Assembly: GCA_963727895.1 (NCBI GenBank)
Contig: CAVSHT010000006.1
Span: 32,001-96,000, forward strand
Origin: an uncultured Methanosarcinaceae archaeon
GTDB lineage: Archaea > Halobacteriota > Methanosarcinia > Methanosarcinales > Methanosarcinaceae
Reading direction: 5' to 3'
Length of the DNA stretch: 64,000 nucleotides
In this document: in pieces, positions 61,325-64,000 of the stretch
Layout of the letters: every line of letters begins with the position of its first letter
Numbering within the stretch: the stretch's first letter is position 1
Notes under the pieces: model-generated
Databases searched by the model: none
Seen by the model: only the letters and a program-made list of their open reading frames with translations
What the model was told of the DNA's origin: nothing
Position numbers and translations under genes: made by a program

Positions 61325-64000
61325 TTACTTGCAGGCTTCTTTTACAAGTTCAAGCCCACGAGCAAGTGCATCCTGAATTCCTGAAGGGTCAGTTCCACCG
61401 CCCATAGCAAGGGCAGGCTTTCCGCCCCCGCCTCCACTTACAAGCTTTGACATCTCGCGGACAAGGTTGCCTGCATTGATTCCACAATTTAAGGCTTTTT
61501 GTCCGGCAGATACCACAAGTTTAACTCCTTCGGAATCGCTTACAAGAAGAGCCACCACATCTTCATATTTCAGGAGTTCAGTGGCGATCTTCTGAAGTTC
61601 TAGAGAATCAGCTTCGGGAATAAATTCGGCAATAACCTTGAGGTCTGAAACCTCAGAAGCTCCTCCCAATAGTTTGTAAACCTTGGCTTTGGCAAGTTCT
61701 TCCTTGAGTTTCTCGTTTTCTTTTTTGAGGTCTTTCCATTCCCCAAAGAAACGTTCCACACTTGCCGGAAGCTGTTCTGGAGGTACACTCAGGGTTTTTG
61801 CAGAATCAGCCAGAAGAGAGTCTATATTTTGCATAGCACGTACAGCTGCAACTCCTGCTGCAAACTCAACCCTTTCTACACCATCCTGAATTCTCTCGGT
61901 CTTCAGGATCTTGATAGGACCGATAACTCCTGTACTGACACAATGGGTACCAGCACAGGCTTCAACATCGTCTCCTACCTTTACAATCCTTATTTTTTCT
62001 CCTGGAGGTACTCCACCCTGATAGAGTCCAAAGCCGTATTCCTGTTCAGCTTCAGTTCTTGGCATCCATTCCGTAATCACACGCTTGTTTTGCATAACCG
62101 TGTGGTTTGCCAGGAGTTCTATCTGTTTCAGTTCCTCAGAAGATATATGTTTATAGTGAGAAAGGTCAAGTCTTGAATGATCCTCAAACTTCTGGGCTCC
62201 AGCCTGCCAAATGTGTTTCCCAAGTACTTTTCTTGCTGCATCATTTACTATATGAGTTGCAGTATGATGCCTGGCAAGGGTCATTCTTCGCCCTTCGTCC
62301 ACTTTACCATTGACAATATCACCCTTGCGGATATCAAGGGGTCCATCAGGATTCTCTACGGTGTGTACTATTACGCCGTTGTAGATCTGAACGTCAACCA
62401 CCTTATATACGGTATATCCGGTAGTGATTGTTCCCCTATCTGCAGGCTGTCCTCCGCCTTCAGCATAGAAAAAGGTGTTATCCATAATTATATGGTTGTC
62501 AAATATATCCAATACAACAGCTTCAAATTCCATGCGTGTGGGTTCGTCATAGAAACTGCGTTTTGTCTTTGGCAGGTGTTTAAGTCGATCTGCAAATGGG
62601 ACTACTTCTTCTTCCTTTTCTTCAGCCTTGTTATGCAACTCACCAATAATGGAATAGAAGTTGTCAGGGAATTCTACGTCCACTCCAATTTCGGATGCAA
62701 CCTCTTTTGCCATTTCAGGTGGGATTCCGTGAGAATCATAGAGTTCAGTTAACTGAGATAGAGGAATCTTTTCCCCACTTTTCTTGAAGTGAGTTGCTGA
62801 TTTTTGAATGATCCTGCGGCCTCTTTCCATTGTATTACGGAACTTTTCTTCTTCAGACTCTATGATATCCTGTATGACCGAGAAGTTATCCCTGAACTCG
62901 GGATATTCTGGCATATTCTTTATATGCATATCCATAATTTCGGTAAGTGGAATCCGAATATCAAGATCATTCATCATGCGTAAAGTACGTCTTAGAACAA
63001 GCCTGGCCAGATATCCTGCTTTGACATTCGAAGGGATAATCCCGTCCCCGAACATGAAAGTCAAACAACGTGTGTGGTCAGTAATTGCATAAACCTTCTC
63101 TACGGGTTCCATTATAGCCGAGAGTTTATCCACTGTCATTCCGATACTCGATGCGACTTTTTTCCTGAGTTCCATTAGATTTGCCTGTTCGCTGACATCC
63201 ATGAAACCTGCAAGTCTTGCGTTTTGAGCCAGAATGTTTGCATACTCTGAGTTATCCAGTTCATGTTCAAGCCCTGCAAGACCCATAAGTTCGTTAACTA
63301 TGCCAGGGAAAAGCGCGTCATAAATGGTAGGGGAACCTTTTGAGGCCCATACAAACCGTTCAAGCCCGTATCCCGTATCAACAATGTAATTATCCATTGG
63401 AGAATATGTCTCACCTTTGATGAGAACATCGCCCTTTTTGTCGGATTGCAGGCCCATGAAAACAAGAGTGGCAAGTTCAAGTCCATGTACAAGAACCTCT
63501 ACACACGGACCGGCATTTCCTCCACCAGCCCAGGGTTCTTCCTTGTAACTTACAGCAAAGGGATCAAGCTTAAGTGAACTAAGGAGTTCGTCACAGAGCT
63601 CCATTGTATGTTCTTTCCAATAAATCTCATTATCTCTTTTATTGAATGCATGGTGTGCCATCATCTCAAAGGTTGTAAGATGGCGCCCGCTCCTGCCTAC
63701 TGAGTCCAGGTCGTTCAGGCGAATGCAGGGCTGAGAAACTGTTAGTGGATTTGCAGGTGGGGGAACCTGTCCTGAGGTTACGAATGGCTGGAAATCTGCA
63801 ATGGATGCGATGGTTAGATAAATGTCATCTCTCCAGCGAGCAACTACAGGATAACGCTCGATCCTTTTGTGTCCTCTTTCTTCAAAGAAGGAGAGGTAAT
63901 ACTCACGCATCTGTGATATATCAAATTCCTTGGAAAAGATCGGATTTCCTATAAAGGTATAAGGATCGCAGGGAGCATCTCCGCATGTCTTTCTGTCAGG
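61325..64000 (-). CDS. alaS: Alanyl-tRNA synthetase, 5'-truncated by window
   Basis: RWRDD..LT.ASI..FQP, QPCIR..D...VG..GRH.T.FEM, VDTGYGLER, DHTR, HHTATH, ACAGTH, GGGGG. Confidence 0.98.
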   Translation of the reverse strand, partial: PDRKTCGDAPCDPYTFIGNPIFSKEFDISQMREYYLSFFEERGHKRIERYPVVARWRDDIYLTIASIADFQPFVTSGQVPPPANPLTVSQPCIRLNDLDSVGRSGRHLTTFEMMAHHAFNKRDNEIYWKEHTMELCDELLSSLKLDPFAVSYKEEPWAGGGNAGPCVEVLVHGLELATLVFMGLQSDKKGDVLIKGETYSPMDNYIVDTGYGLERFVWASKGSPTIYDALFPGIVNELMGLAGLEHELDNSEYANILAQNARLAGFMDVSEQANLMELRKKVASSIGMTVDKLSAIMEPVEKVYAITDHTRCLTFMFGDGIIPSNVKAGYLARLVLRRTLRMMNDLDIRIPLTEIMDMHIKNMPEYPEFRDNFSVIQDIIESEEEKFRNTMERGRRIIQKSATHFKKSGEKIPLSQLTELYDSHGIPPEMAKEVASEIGVDVEFPDNFYSIIGELHNKAEEKEEEVVPFADRLKHLPKTKRSFYDEPTRMEFEAVVLDIFDNHIIMDNTFFYAEGGGQPADRGTITTGYTVYKVVDVQIYNGVIVHTVENPDGPLDIRKGDIVNGKVDEGRRMTLARHHTATHIVNDAARKVLGKHIWQAGAQKFEDHSRLDLSHYKHISSEELKQIELLANHTVMQNKRVITEWMPRTEAEQEYGFGLYQGGVPPGEKIRIVKVGDDVEACAGTHCVSTGVIGPIKILKTERIQDGVERVEFAAGVAAVRAMQNIDSLLADSAKTLSVPPEQLPASVERFFGEWKDLKKENEKLKEELAKAKVYKLLGGASEVSDLKVIAEFIPEADSLELQKIATELLKYEDVVALLVSDSEGVKLVVSAGQKALNCGINAGNLVREMSKLVSGGGGGKPALAMGGGTDPSGIQDALARGLELVKEACK

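Overview
AT-rich chromosomal window from a methanogenic archaeon. Gene content and repeat style point to Methanosarcina; this is an inference. The housekeeping genes rnp4, srp19, hisG-hisA-hisB, mat, map, leuD/leuB, purP, truA, a Trm11-type methyltransferase, tRNA-Tyr (intron-containing) and tRNA-Asp look intact. alaS is intact as far as visible but runs off the window edge. The accessory part, about 15-39.5 kb, is dominated by molybdenum biology. It holds a complete formylmethanofuran dehydrogenase operon (fmdEFACDB), a solo ModA, a TOBE/Mop protein, a ChrA-type oxyanion exporter and a decaying modABC-modD-DUF364 operon. A ModE-TOBE regulator lies at 2.9 kb, and ModE-like 24-bp palindromes precede these operons. 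The window also holds an RND(HAE3)/COG1361/lipoprotein/TrmB cassette, three 734-740 bp IS1-family copies, several MITE-like inverted-repeat elements, tandem repeats and many frameshifted or nonsense-broken accessory genes. The most intriguing unexplained signal is a structured 5' leader upstream of the SAM synthetase gene that resembles an SMK/SAM-III-type translational riboswitch; this is a hypothesis only. No CRISPR array or rRNA was seen. All family assignments come from motif recognition by eye, not from database searches.
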